Shown: positions 1 through 12,993, numbered from the stretch's first letter. The stretch: 64,000 bases of DNA from the human T2T-CHM13v2.0 reference genome, Homo sapiens (GCF_009914755.1 NC_060944.1), one strand, 5' to 3'. Notes: a model not told the origin generated them from the sequence alone. Numbers and translations are program-made.

Positions 1-13
1 GCTCTGTTTTCAG

Positions 14-196
14 GAACTTCTAGAGGATGGCCAGATGGATCAGTTTCACAAAGCTCTGATAGAGCTGAATATGGACTCCCCAGAAGAGCTGCAGTCCTAC
101 ATCCAGAAGCTCAGTATAGCAGTGGAGCAGGCTAAGCAGAAAATCCTCCAAGCGGAAGTCAACCTCGAGGTGGATGTGGTAGACAGCAAGCCAGAG
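14..196 (+). CDS. ACTR5: ACTR5 internal coding exon (probably exon 5), 61 codons [10 protein letters not shown]...VVDSKPE
   Basis: ttttcag| acceptor, |gtaact donor, 183 nt open in phase 0; splices in frame to the downstream actin-fold exons. Confidence 0.93.
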
Positions 197-779
197 GTAA
201 CTTAGGGCCTTGGAAGGAGCAGCCCTTCTTGAGGGGAGGAGTGTCCTGAGAGGCCTGACATCAAAGGGGTTGTGCCCAGAGTCAGGAGGGAAAGAGAGCA
301 GAGGGGATGTGGGTGGTGGTGGAGATGGCACTGACCTTGTACCAACTGAAATTCTGTCAGAAGGGATTTCACCCTGTAGATCCCCGGACCCCTGAGCGCA
401 GAAAGTGCATTTAACGTAGGAAGAACATTCACACACCAAACCTGTGGTGCTGTCTTGAACCTAAACCAGCTCCACTGATAGTCATTGGCAGTCATATACT
501 TCCTTTAATTTTCTTTTAGTGTTTTATTAAATATATTGTGGTTGATTGTTCACTTACCTCCTTTCCATCTTGATGTTCCCTAAGGACAGGGATCATGCTT
601 CATACATGATTTATGAATTTTTTACAGCAGTTGGTAGTTATGCTCAATAATATATGTATAGGTTGCCTTAAGATCAGCCTTTTATTAGTTGCTAAAGACC
701 CTTTGCATAAGCTCTTTGATTTTCTCTTCTTCTTCTTCTTCTGTTTCCTCACCCGTGCACTGTTAATAAGTGTTTTTGA

Positions 780-1083
<304 letters not shown>

Positions 1084-1086
1084 AGT

Positions 1087-1414
<328 letters not shown>

Positions 1415-2517
1415 TAGGCCCCAGCATCTTAGTTCCTGTATGGCAAAGGGGCAGCCTGCAGGTCACTCCTCAGTCCAGAAGTCGCTGGTTGAGTCGCCTG
1501 CCTTTAGAACTGAAACAAAGAGTAAGTGTACATCCTGTTCCTGGATCTGTCATCCCTAGAATTCCAAAACAAAGGAACTTACTGCCTTGAGACATGTTTT
1601 AGGCAGGATAAACCAGACTAGCCTCTTGTTTTTTGTTTTTTGTTTTTTCCTTTTTAAATCAGCTTTCATTAAGCTGTTGATTACTTATCCTTTCAGAAAA
1701 AAAATGATACTTTGGAAAAATGCAAGTCAGTGCCATTTGATGCTGGGTGTAGCATAGTGCTTATCAGTGATGTCAGAGTTGCCTTTGGCTCAACAGGAAG
1801 CTTGCTTTTGCAGTGATGGGCTCCCAGCTGGAGGCTCGCTCAAGGTTCTGCTCTCACCGTTGCATCCTCTACATCTCATTCCCAGGCTGTCGATTATGTG
1901 AGGACAGTACATGAGTGTATGCTTTATAGAGCAGATCCTGAGATAGGCTTACTAGATACACCTTATTGGATCACCAAGATCTTGTGTAGAAGGGGCCTTT
2001 ACCATCTTCTTCCAACACAGCATCCCAGATCAGCCTCAGTTGAATCAGTGTGTGCCTTTTCCATTTTGCTTCTCTTGGTTTTTCAGGTCTTTGAGATTTG
2101 AGTTGTTGTTTACTGAAATCCGGAACCATGTTGTCTTTGTTATGTATTCATCCATATTTAGTTTTTATCATGCTTGACATGTTAGCAGGACATAGTTTTC
2201 TTTATACCAGAGCAGTGCCACTCAGCCACAAGCAGATGAGGGATTTCAGATTTCAAAAAGGGAAAAAAAACCAAACAGCTGTGAAGATGTGATTCTTCAG
2301 CAGTGGGGAAACTAGTTTTTCCTTTTCTTTGTTCATTTGTCTGCATTTGTTACATGATGTGATTCATCACCCATTCCCCCATTCTTTCAGCAGATACTCA
2401 GTAGGTACCTACTTCATTTTATGCTCTGGTACACACATTTAAATCTCCTTGGGTTTAGGGGATTTTGAAATGCCGGACTGCAAAAGATTTTTCTATATGC
2501 AACAAATTTGATGATCA

Positions 2518-2830
<313 letters not shown>

Positions 2831-4041
2831 TCAAAGCTTTAATGGTTAGTCAGCATTCAGCATTTTAGGGTAATTCTTAATGATCAGAGTCAATTACAGT
2901 CACATTTGTGGGATAAACTTGACCATGACAATGGCTAGCCAGTTCTACCATTCAAAAAGTATTTGTAGAGTTTCCAATAATATAATTCATTTAGAATGAA
3001 TTGAATCAATATATGTGAACCAAAATTCATATTGAAATTGCACTTAAGCAGTAATGGCTGAACTGAATTAATACAGCTGGAATTTAACTAATAGAGGTCT
3101 CGAAAATCTATTTTTTCTTATAGACCAATCTATTCTGACCCTTGCTATTCTGCAGTTGTTTCTGTGAGGATGTTGTGAAGGAGCAGGCTTTGTTAGCATT
3201 TTTACCAAGTATTTAAACCAGAAGATGCTTGCTTTTCATAGCTACAAGCACAGCATAAGAGGGTAGGAGGGGGGAGAACACAGGTTTTGAGCATCATCAT
3301 TTGTTGGAAAACGCAATGGGCCAAATATAGAAAGTTCTCCGGCTTTACTAGCCAAGATCAGGGTTGGCCTCTGCTTCTTCTTATGCCGCTCAAGGCTGTT
3401 TTAGGGAACCATGCTGCATCTTCTGTGGTATGCCTTGGCAAACTGTCATTCCCTGCAGTTCCAAAAGAACAGTCATATTAGTGTTTCTGAACGCCACATA
3501 AGACATGTGGAGACCCTGGCAAACTCTAGCGAGAGAGAAGCCAGCCGTGGCAGAGAAAACTATTCTCTGTTGGATGCCTGTTCTCTGTGTTGAAATGATC
3601 AGCTTTGTTCCTCTCTGCGACTTGTATGAATTGGGATAAATAAATGTCCTTTTTATAATTTTTGTGAAGCTAAGAAGTTATCTTAAGATGGTATGCTTTG
3701 GAGTGAAGCTAGGTGAAGGTGAATGTTGATTTTTTTTTGGCAGCTGAAGAAACCTCTTGAAACCCAAAGCTTTACAATCATCTCTATTTCAGGGGAATTT
3801 GAGGGTGTATCCCAGGGGCCCACCACTCAGTGACAGGTGCAGTATACCAGGGATGCAGAGGTGATTAAGATACAATGCCTGCCTTCCTGGGTACCTCAAA
3901 AACAAAAAATGAGGGCTATAGCACCATGCTTAGCTGACTGTAATGAAGCGTAGCAGGTATGGTGGTAAATGTGTGTGGGAATACACATTTGGTTTTTTGA
4001 GAAGGACTGGATGTTTCAGCTGGGCCTTGAAAGATTATTTG

Positions 4042-4328
4042 GGCCGGGCACAGTGGCTCACATCTGTAATCCCAACACTGAGAGGCTGAGGAGGGAAGAT
4101 CACTTGTGCCCAGCGCTTTGAGACCAATCCCTGAGTCACATAGACCCCATCTCTAAAAAAAATTTTTTTAATTAGCTGGGCATGCATCTGTAGTCTCTGC
4201 TTGAGAGGCTGAGGTGGGAGGATCACTTGAGCTTGGGAGTTCGAGGCTGCAGTGAGCCATGGTTGTGCCACTGCATTCCAACCTGGGCAACAGAACAAGA
4301 CCCTGTCTAAAAAAAAAAAAAGAAAAGG
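4042..4328 (+). mobile_element. AluJ
   Basis: Diverged dimer, TSD aagattatttg. Confidence 0.88.
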
Positions 4329-5001
4329 AAGATTATTTGATTTCAGTAGGTAGCAAAAGGAGGAGGGAAGGACATTTTAGGTGGAAAGAACCACACATGC
4401 AGGCATATAGAGTGTGAACAAGAAAAGCTGTGGTGGGTGATGAAGTGGAGATGACTATTAAGTTCTTTACCCATCAGTCTTATGAGCCTGCATATTATCC
4501 TTCAGACATTCGGAGCCTTCCAGGGATGTTGAGCAAGGGAATGAGACGATGAGATTTTGTTTTGGGAAACTAACTGGTGGCAGTTAGGATGATGGGTTGA
4601 AGGGAGGGGTGAGACTGCAGGTGGGAAAACAAAACAGATGTAGGATCAGATGTAGGATCCCAAGATCTCGCTGCCATTTGCAAGCCAAGGTGACAAGAGT
4701 AGCAGTGTTGATAATAGAGCATGTGGCATGTGCCGACTCCTTGCTGAGCACCTACGTAGGTGTCCTCCTGGTTCGTGTTCACAACTCAATGGGTAGGTAC
4801 TATCATTATCCCCCTTTTACAGACAAGGAAAGATTTGGAGTGAGGTCACATAGCTAGAAGTAGTGCTGATCAAATTCACACACAGGCAGTTCAATTCCAG
4901 ATTCCACCCTTGTAACCCTTAGGCTGTATTGAAAGGCAGTGGGTAGATGGTAGTGCCTTTTGACCAAGTTTGGGAAGATAATTGGCTTAGTTTTGAGCAC
5001 C

Positions 5002-5376
5002 TTTTTTTTTTCTTTTTTTTAAGAGATTGGATCTTACTCTGTTGCACAGGCTGGAGTATATGTTGTGATGATGGCTCACTGTAATTTATCCTTCAGACAT
5101 TCGGAGCCTTCCAGGGATGTTGAGCAAGGGAATGAGACGATGAGATTTTGTTTTGGGAACTCCTGGGCTCAATTGATCCTCCCACCTCAGCCTCCCTAGT
5201 AGCTAGGACTACAGGAGTGCACCACCATGCCCGGCTAACTTTTTGCTTTTTAATTTTTTGTAGAGATGGGTCTCACTGTGTTGCCCAGGCTGTTCTCGAA
5301 CTCCTGGCCTCAAGCAAGCCTCCCACCTTGCCTTTCAAAGTGCAGGGATTACAGGCATGAGTCACCGTGCCTGGCC
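5002..5376 (-). mobile_element. AluJ interrupted by a 74-bp local insertion
   Basis: Antisense Alu with non-Alu sequence at 5084-5157. Confidence 0.88.
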
Positions 5377-5683
5377 CTGAGCTCCTTATCTTTAAAATTG
5401 TTGTAGGACATCAGGTGGAGCTTTTCAGCACTCTGTGGGACATCAGGTGGAGCTATGGGAGGACAGAATCAAATGGGGAGGAAGAAAAGAAAAATTCCTG
5501 GAGAATGCCACCACTTGAAAGTTAGGTGACAGAAGAAAAGCCAGGACGAAGATTGAGCAGGAGCAGTAAGAGATAAAGGAAGCCAAAAGGGTTGATGGGA
5601 GAGTTAAAAGCTTGAATGGTCAGCTTAACCTAGGATGAGAATTATTTTTTGAAACAAGGAAAGCTTGAAAGGATAAGAAAATA

Positions 5684-5922
5684 GGATGTGAGGGTGATCT
5701 GGCTGCGATATCTGTCACCCCATTGATTGCCAGGGTTGATTCGGCTGATCTGGCTGGCTAAGCTGGTGTCTTTCTGTCCTCACCACTTCGTGTGTGTCTC
5801 TCCCAAAGCTGCATGCTTGGTCGAAGAGGACGACCATCCCCAATAGAGGAGGACTGATCTTCCGTCAAGAGTATACGAGTAGCTGCGCTCCCCTGCTAGA
5901 ACCTCCAAACAAGCGCTCAAGG
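5684..5922 (+). pseudogene. 7SK snRNA (RN7SK) retropseudogene, 3'-truncated, in ACTR5 intron
   Basis: GGATGTGAGGGTGATCTGGCTGCG...GAAGAGGACGACCATCCCC...CCTCCAAACAAGCGCTCAAGG matches about nt 1-240 of human 7SK with CpG decay; flanked by a degenerate 16-bp direct repeat. Confidence 0.95.
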
Positions 5923-6144
5923 ACATGAAAATAGATAAGGAAGTAGAATGAAGAATAAAGAGGGAAGTTCATTTTTTGAGGCAACTAAGATGATCTTTTA
6001 AGATTTCCAGGGTTGAGATTAGAAAGGAGACTGTGGAGAAGGGTGTTGGGAAAGGGCAGGCAGAAGGAAGCTGAGAAGTAACCACAGGATTGCCTAAATA
6101 GCACCTGGGACTTTCTGCACTCCTGCCCCCCTGGAGCATATTTA

Positions 6145-6720
6145 ACTTTTCTATTGCTACAAAAACCATTCCAAACTTAGCAGCATAAAACAGCAACCAT
6201 TTTATTGTGCTCATGGGTTTGGTGGGTGAGGAATTGAGAGAGGCTACAGGGATCTCTGCTTCAAGTTGCCTGGAGCCACTGCTGGGAAGAATTAAATAGT
6301 TGGGGACTGGAATCAGCTGGAGGGTTTTTTACTTACCTGTCTGGTATCTGGGCTGGGAGGACTCAAGGTCTGGGTTCATGGGGGACTCTTGACCCAGGCA
6401 CCCACATATGGCCTCTTGGTGTGCCTTGGGCTCCTCCCAGTGTGGCCACTGGTTTCCAAGAGGGAGCTTCCCAAGAGAGCAGCTAGAGAGTGAATGTTTC
6501 AAAAGATGAAAGCATAAGCTGCATGACCTTTCAGGACCTTACCTTAGAAGTCACATGACATCATTTGCACCATACTTTGTTGGTTGTAGTCCTCACAGTC
6601 CCCCACTGAGACTCAAGGGGAGGAAACAAAGACCCTCCACCTCTGTTTGGGGAGTGTCAAGGTCACATTACAGAAAAGTGTGTGGGATAGAAGTCACTGT
6701 TGTGACCTTCTTTTAAAAAT
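6145..6720 (-). mobile_element. MaLR LTR (MLT1-type)
   Basis: tattgct...aaacttagcagcataaaaca...gaagtcacatgacatca...gactcaagggg motifs typical of antisense MLT1. Confidence 0.6.
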
Positions 6721-7749
6721 ATAATCTGCTCCGGAGCCCAAGTGGAAAGAGTACTGGGAGGCATCCTTTAGACTGCAGGCTTACTGGTTGGGTGTAACAG
6801 AAGCAGATAGAGTTGGTGGAGGGATGACGGCAAAAGTGATTGGATTCCAGGCTGGGTAGAGAAGGGCATGTGAATCCACAGGAAAGGTCATCACTTGGAT
6901 TGAGGGAGGCTGGAGTGGAGGTTAGGATGAAGATGAAGAATAGGGTAAAAATGTGGGATGTAGAGAGGAAGGACTCCAGTGGAGCCCAGTGCTTGCTTTC
7001 ACCTGTTACTTGGGGAATCACAGGTTACAGGTTTTGTCTGTAGTTATTTTAAATACACAGATGACATCTTTGTCTTCAACCCAGTAATACAACAGAATTA
7101 TTTAAGGGACCAAATTGAGTGTGTGTTTAAAAGGGAAGAGGGAAGCGTTGTTCGTTTCTCACCCGACGCTGCCCTAAGTTCACGTCCCACTTTTACATAG
7201 ATGGAGAAGCAGCTCAGAGTGTACTGTTTCCAGCTCTAGTACTGTGACCTTTAATATACCTTTGGTTGCCATTCCGAGCTGGATCAGTGTGACTCCAGAG
7301 CCTGACCACCTTCTGTTATGTCACACTGCCTCCTGGTTCCTGGTTCCCCCAGATGACAAACCACCAAATGAAAAAGAACTTTGATGATTAATTTCCATTC
7401 CTCCCCTGGAACCCCTTTGGGGTCATTCCTGAAGAGCTGGGTTTGGTGCCAAGCCAGAATAGGCACAGACACTCCCATGGTAGGGCTCCTTTCTTGTGAG
7501 GGAAGCTGAGAGTCTTCCAGATCACAAACTGCAGATGGCAAGGGGAATGTTCCTTTACTCCCTCTCTGCTGTCCCTGCTGGGACAGAGGAGCCTGTCATT
7601 GCCTCAGCTGGTCTTGCTGCTGCATGTAAAATCTTTCATTCATCTCTTGTATTACCTACTCTGACCTCAGGCTAGATTGTTTTCATGTTCCTAAAGCCCC
7701 AATTGTCTTATCCTTAGCCTCATGATTTATAGAACTCCAGCTTAAGGCA

Positions 7750-7900
7750 GAACAAAGACTTTGGAACTGAGCAGTTCTGCCTCTTCCCACATGTCCACTG
7801 CCTACTAGTGTGATGTGATCTTGGGCAAGTTACTTCACCTCTCTGAGCCATAGCATCCTCACCCATCAAATACAGTAATGTCTGCAGTGAGGGTTGTGCA
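7750..7900 (+). mobile_element. MIR fragment
   Basis: tgtgatcttgggcaagttacttcacctctctgagcc core. Confidence 0.7.
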
Positions 7901-8828
7901 GATAGCAGGTGTCCCTCCCCTCTTTGTCTGATTCAGTATTGGCAGGGACAGCTTTTGCTTCCTTCCCTGAGAGCAAGGTTCTTTAGATTCGTGTCACCCA
8001 ACCCATCTTCCTCCTCCTCAGATTACCTCTATAAACCAGCCCCCTCATCCTGTGCACAAGTCTCACATGAAGAAACATTCACTTTCCTTTCCAGGGTTTA
8101 TCCTCAAGCCTGGAAAATCCCCCTCAAATACTGTAGAATCATCTATACTGAACAGAATTTAGAGTACATTGTCACCCATCTTGCATGCCATATTTGCCAC
8201 ATGACTTTTGGTGTGTGAATGTGTGTGGGGTATTGAGGGGTATTGCCTTATTTTAATGCTAGTTTACATTTGCAGTATATATGAGTAGGTTCTAGAGAAG
8301 TATATTTAAGTCCTCTGAATTATGTTGGTGATTTACATACTTCATAAATTCCGAGAGTAAGGAGAGACTCAGAATGCATACTCAATGGCGCAGTCTCCTC
8401 TCAAGCATACTTGGCTTTGGTTACACTCTGCTTGAACCCTCCCAAGACACTACCTCATAAGACAGTCCATTCTGCAGCAGCTGTCATTGTTACAGCATTC
8501 TTCCTTGGGATGCAACTAAATATTTCTACCCAGAACTTCTCTCCATTGAGTCTAATGACAGATGGCTAAAGATGTCTTTCAGAACCACCACCATCCCCAA
8601 CTTATTTTGTACAGTTTAAAATTAAAAGCACCCTAACTTCTCTTTTGGAAATGGTGCCAGCATGTCTAGACCCCTTCCAGGTTCATTGTGGTCATAGAGG
8701 GAACTTGTTCTGCAGGACTCCACAGATAGCAAGCACTCTGCTACCTTGGAGCCTCTAGTCGCATTCCCAGCCCAGTGGGACCTGCTATTAAGGGACTGAT
8801 TGTTGAGCTCATTAGCGTTGGCACATAC

Positions 8829-9128
8829 ATTTATTTATATTTCTGAGGCAGAGTCTTGCTCTTTCACCCAGGCTGGATTACAGTGGCATGATCATGGCTC
8901 ACTGTAGCCTCAACCTCCCAGGCTCAAGTGATCCTCGACCTCAGCTTCCCAAGTAGCTGGGGCTGTAGGTGCTCACCACCACGCCCAGCTAATGTTTGTA
9001 TTTTTTGTAGAGACAAGGTTTCACTCTGTTGCCCACGCTGGTCTCAAACTCCTGGGCTCAAGGAGCCCACTTGCCTCTGCCTCCCAAAGTGCAGAGGGAT
9101 TACAGGCGTGAGCCACTGCTCCCTGGCC
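8829..9128 (-). mobile_element. AluJ
   Basis: Antisense dimer. Confidence 0.88.
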
Positions 9129-9557
9129 AGCAGATGTATTTATTAATTATTAAAAGATTGCTTTAACTTTGCTGGTAGTCTAGCTGCCTTGTAGGATAGC
9201 AGCTGTCACACCCTTCTCTTAGAGTTGCGTGTGTGGTGGTGTGACTCATGCAAGCAGCAAGTCTTCCACGGGGCCCAGCCATGAGCTGGCACCATCAGAA
9301 GGCTTTAGAGAAGGCGGGGGTTGGTGAGGCTTGTATAAAGTAGGAAAGGTAGGAGATCAAAGCAAAGCCCGTTCCTGGCTTTTTAGTCTTCGTGTTCATG
9401 TGTGCTTTTTTAAAAATAGCTTAGAAAAATTTTCATAGTTTTTATGTAAGGTTTTAGAACATTGGGCAAGATCCCAGTTCTTTTTTGTGGCACTAAAATG
9501 ATAGAACTGAGGCCTGCTGAAGGTACAGGTTCTGTTTCATTTTGCTCCTTCTCTTAG

Positions 9558-9674
9558 ACCCCTGACCTGGAGCAGCTGGAGCCGTCTTTGGAAGATGTGG
9601 AAAGCATGAATGATTTTGATCCCTTGTTTTCAGAGGAAACACCTGGAGTGGAGAAGCCGGTCACCACTGTTCAG
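9558..9674 (+). CDS. ACTR5: ACTR5 coding exon (probably 6), [10 protein letters not shown]...KPVTTVQ, acidic insertion
   Basis: ctccttctcttag| acceptor, CAG|gtttga donor, 117 nt, phase 0-0, open. Confidence 0.92.
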
Positions 9675-10393
9675 GTTTGACTTCTACAGCCCAGAACATG
9701 CTTATTCTTTGAAGGTGTTGACCTAAATGGCTGGGCTAGTCTGTTTCTTTAGGACTTAAAACTGTTATGTTTTTTAGAAAATTGGGTACCAATACTTAAA
9801 ACATCTGAAATCAGGGATTTTTTTCCCCCGGTGATTGATCGATTGGTTCTAGTACCAAGATCTGTGAATCTCTGAGAAACAGTCCACCCGGCAGAAACAT
9901 TTGGTAAAGTAATTGGGAACTTGAGATCTGAATACTGGCTTGTAATAGTTTCATTTACATTTAAGCCAATGCCAGTACACATAATCCTCTTTGGAATCTA
10001 TGTTTCTGTCATTACAATGCCAACCAGATAAACTGTCCTGAGTCTGAGACCCACCTGGGAGAGAGCTTCCTTGCCGTGCAGGGATAGGGCACTAAGCAAG
10101 GCACTGAGCAGGAGACTTGTCCTCTAGACTCGGCCTTTTACTGCTGCTCTCCACAAAGCCTCTCCCTGCAACTCGGGGACCATTTCATGATGGAAACATG
10201 TACATGTTTATAATACACAGGTTGGAAGAAGGTAGGAAATTGAATTAGCAGGTCAAGAGAGTTGGGAGAAGCTATACTGGCATTAACAAGGGACAGAAAC
10301 TATTGGGATTAAGAAACGCAGTTTGAGGAAACTAGCAACTGGAATGTTTGTCATTTGGCCTAAAAATATCTTTTAAACCTTGGGTTTTTAAAG

Positions 10394-10533
10394 CCCGTGT
10401 TTAACTTGGCAGCATATCATCAGCTATTTGTTGGGACAGAAAGAATTCGAGCTCCAGAGATTATTTTCCAGCCATCTCTCATAGGAGAAGAACAGGCTGG
10501 GATTGCAGAGACTCTTCAGTACATTCTGGACAG
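10394..10533 (+). CDS. ACTR5: ACTR5 coding exon (probably 7), [46 protein letters not shown](R)
   Basis: tttttaaag| acceptor, AG|gtgaga donor, 140 nt; [18 protein letters not shown] matches actin GNERFRCPEALFQPSFLG. Confidence 0.95.
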
Positions 10534-11619
10534 GTGAGACAGCGAATCTGCTTTTCCTTCTATCTTCCTGAACCATTTCCTTGGATTTTGCATTGAATGG
10601 TAGATTTGATGGTCAGGCACTTGAAAATGCATCTCACTCTCTTCTTTTCATTGACTTGCTGTGCTCAGATAGTATTCCCTTCATCTCTTATCACCAGGCC
10701 TGGCACGTAACTGGGGCTCTGTAGTTGTTTTCTGAACCTGTAAATGCTGGGTTGACTGAGTAGCTTTAAGAGTGTCTTTTAAGTTTGAACAACCCGATAA
10801 CATGTACACTGGTTTCCATGTAAACCTTCACATTATTAAAGACTAGTGATTTTAAATCACCCTAAAAATATTGCAGAGCTAATAAAATTTTTTTCCCCTC
10901 CTTGCAGGCATTTTACTTATTTAAGAGTTACATTTCCATAAGAATCCAGGTGTTTTACCCATTTATGCGGGCATTTTCCTGCAGTGTGAATTTGATAATT
11001 CAAGTTGGGCAAGTAGAGAATGGAATTTTGTAGGACTCTGGCTGCTGTTGGTCATAACGGCAGGGAAACTTGTACCTAGCAAGGAAGAAAAAGCTGTTGC
11101 TGCTACTTTGTTTGAGTGGCTTTGAGCTTTGTCTTGACAGTGGTTGGAAAGTGATCAAACATGTCTTAGATAAAGCTGTTATTAAAAAAGATAAAAAGAA
11201 AGCACAGGTCGATAGATGGGCCCTCAAAAGGGAGGCATGGCTTTTGGGGATAATGGAAATGTTTTGTGTCTTAATTGTAGTGATGGTTACTGGAATGTAT
11301 AAATTAGTTAGACTTTATCAAAATGTATGTAAATTTATCCTCAAGTTTATTTTTTAAATGTATTATAAAAGTATAAAAATTCTAATCATGTTAAGGAAAT
11401 AAGTTGACCATTCAGATTACGGTTTTGTCTGGCTGTTTGGAAACATTGGGCTGGCGTTTTGTAGAGACACAAATGAAAAATGAAAGTTTTGATTTTTTTT
11501 TTTTTTAGCTTTTTGTGTAGAAGTTTTTCTGTTTTGTACTGAGAGCTTACATTTCTGCATCCACATTTCGTTCTGATATTTGAGTTAAGGGACTATATTA
11601 GGAGTTGTTTCTTTCCTAG

Positions 11620-11752
11620 GTACCCAAAGGACATTCAGGAAATGCTGGTTCAGAACGTTTTCCTCACTGGCGGCAACACGATGTATCCTGGCATGAAAGC
11701 CAGAATGGAGAAGGAACTGTTGGAGATGAGACCCTTCCGGTCTTCTTTTCAG
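11620..11752 (+). CDS. ACTR5: ACTR5 coding exon (probably 8), [44 protein letters not shown]
   Basis: ctttcctag| acceptor completes the AG|G Arg codon; CAG|gtactg donor; [10 protein letters not shown] corresponds to actin LSGGTTMYPG. Confidence 0.95.
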
Positions 11753-12464
11753 GTACTGATTGTTCGAGTAGTCAATTATTTTGAAAATAGCATTACCTGT
11801 TTTCTGATTGCAAAAGTAATAATCATGCAGAAATATCCACTGTTAACATTTTTGTGGCTTTTCTTCTGGTCTTAAGTCCATGCTTAATTTTTAAAGCAAA
11901 ATGGGAATCATGTTTTATATACTGTTTTGTGGTTTCTTTAAATTGGAAGATGAAGACATGCGTAGAATTCTAAGAGTGTGAAAGAGTGTACATCAAAAAT
12001 AAGTCATTCTCCTACCCAGTCCGGGCCCCTGTAGACATTGTGGGGCATGGGATACATTGGAGCGTTCCAGACAGAAGGACTAGCATGAGCAAGGGCACAG
12101 GGGCCAGAAGCTTGTTGAGGGAGTGAGAAGTGGCTGAGTGTTGCTGGAGCACATGGCTGATAAAGAGGAGAGGAGGTGGGTAACGTAGAGAGGTCAGCAG
12201 AGCCCACACTGCAGAGCCTGTGCATCCTGCTAAGAAGCTTGGCCTTGGTCTGCTCTGCTTTGCTGCATGATGTCGTGTACATTCAGGGGGGCGTCTCTGG
12301 GCTTTGGTGCTGACTCCATCATCACCATTACTGAATTGTGCTAAGCTTTGGCTGTCTCAGTGGTAGGAAGGGGGTAATCGGTACCTGTTGCTGGGATTCA
12401 GTGTACTGGTGCCTGTCAAGCGCCCGACAGTGGGCCTGCATGTAATAAACTCTCAGACATGAGC

Positions 12465-12993
12465 TGTTGTGTTGAGGGTCCCTAAGACCATTCCAGGCAG
12501 GATGATTCTCTGGGAGGATTCACAGGACTCAGCTTGTAATCCTACTTACAGCTGTGACTTACTACAGCAACTCAGCAGAGAGACAAGGTGCCCGGGGTGA
12601 AATCTGGGAGCAACCAGGTGTAAGCATCCGAGGCCTCTCCCTGTGGAGTCACACAAGACATAATTTCCCCAGCAGTGCCTTGTAAAAGCACATTAAGTGT
12701 TGCCAACCAGGGAAGCTTGTAGGAGACGCAGTGTCTAGGGTTTTTATTTGGGGGCTGATCACATAGGCACCCCCTGCTTGGAGCATACCCAAATTCCAGG
12801 CTCACAGAAGGGAAGCACGTGTTTGGCATAAACCACATTATTTGTGTGAATGGGCTTATTGAGCCATTCTTATCAGGTGGTGGTAGGAACCCTCCCAATA
12901 TCCAAGTTCCCAGATGCCTACCAAGGCCCCACCCTTGTAAGTATGCCTTTCTAAGGTAACAGTAGGGTGGTCCTGTTAACTCTTTTCTGCACA
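12465..12993 (-). mobile_element. ERVL-class LTR, MER21B-like
   Basis: Minus strand begins TGTGCAGAAAAGAGTTAAC...CCTTAGAAAGGC...GGCATCTGGGAACTTGGAT, as in the recalled MER21B consensus. Confidence 0.65.

Noticed and set aside
20-439. 139-aa antisense ORF
   Set aside because: Shadow of the ACTR5 exon plus intron; no independent support.
5684-5922. Functional 7SK gene
   Set aside because: 3'-truncated, CpG-decayed, TSD-flanked, with no recognisable upstream PSE/TATA and no oligo-T terminator.
9675-10393. Possible U12-type intron (short pyrimidine tract, tcttttaaacc near the acceptor)
   Set aside because: The donor is GTTTGA, not GTATCCTT, so it is a weak U2 intron.
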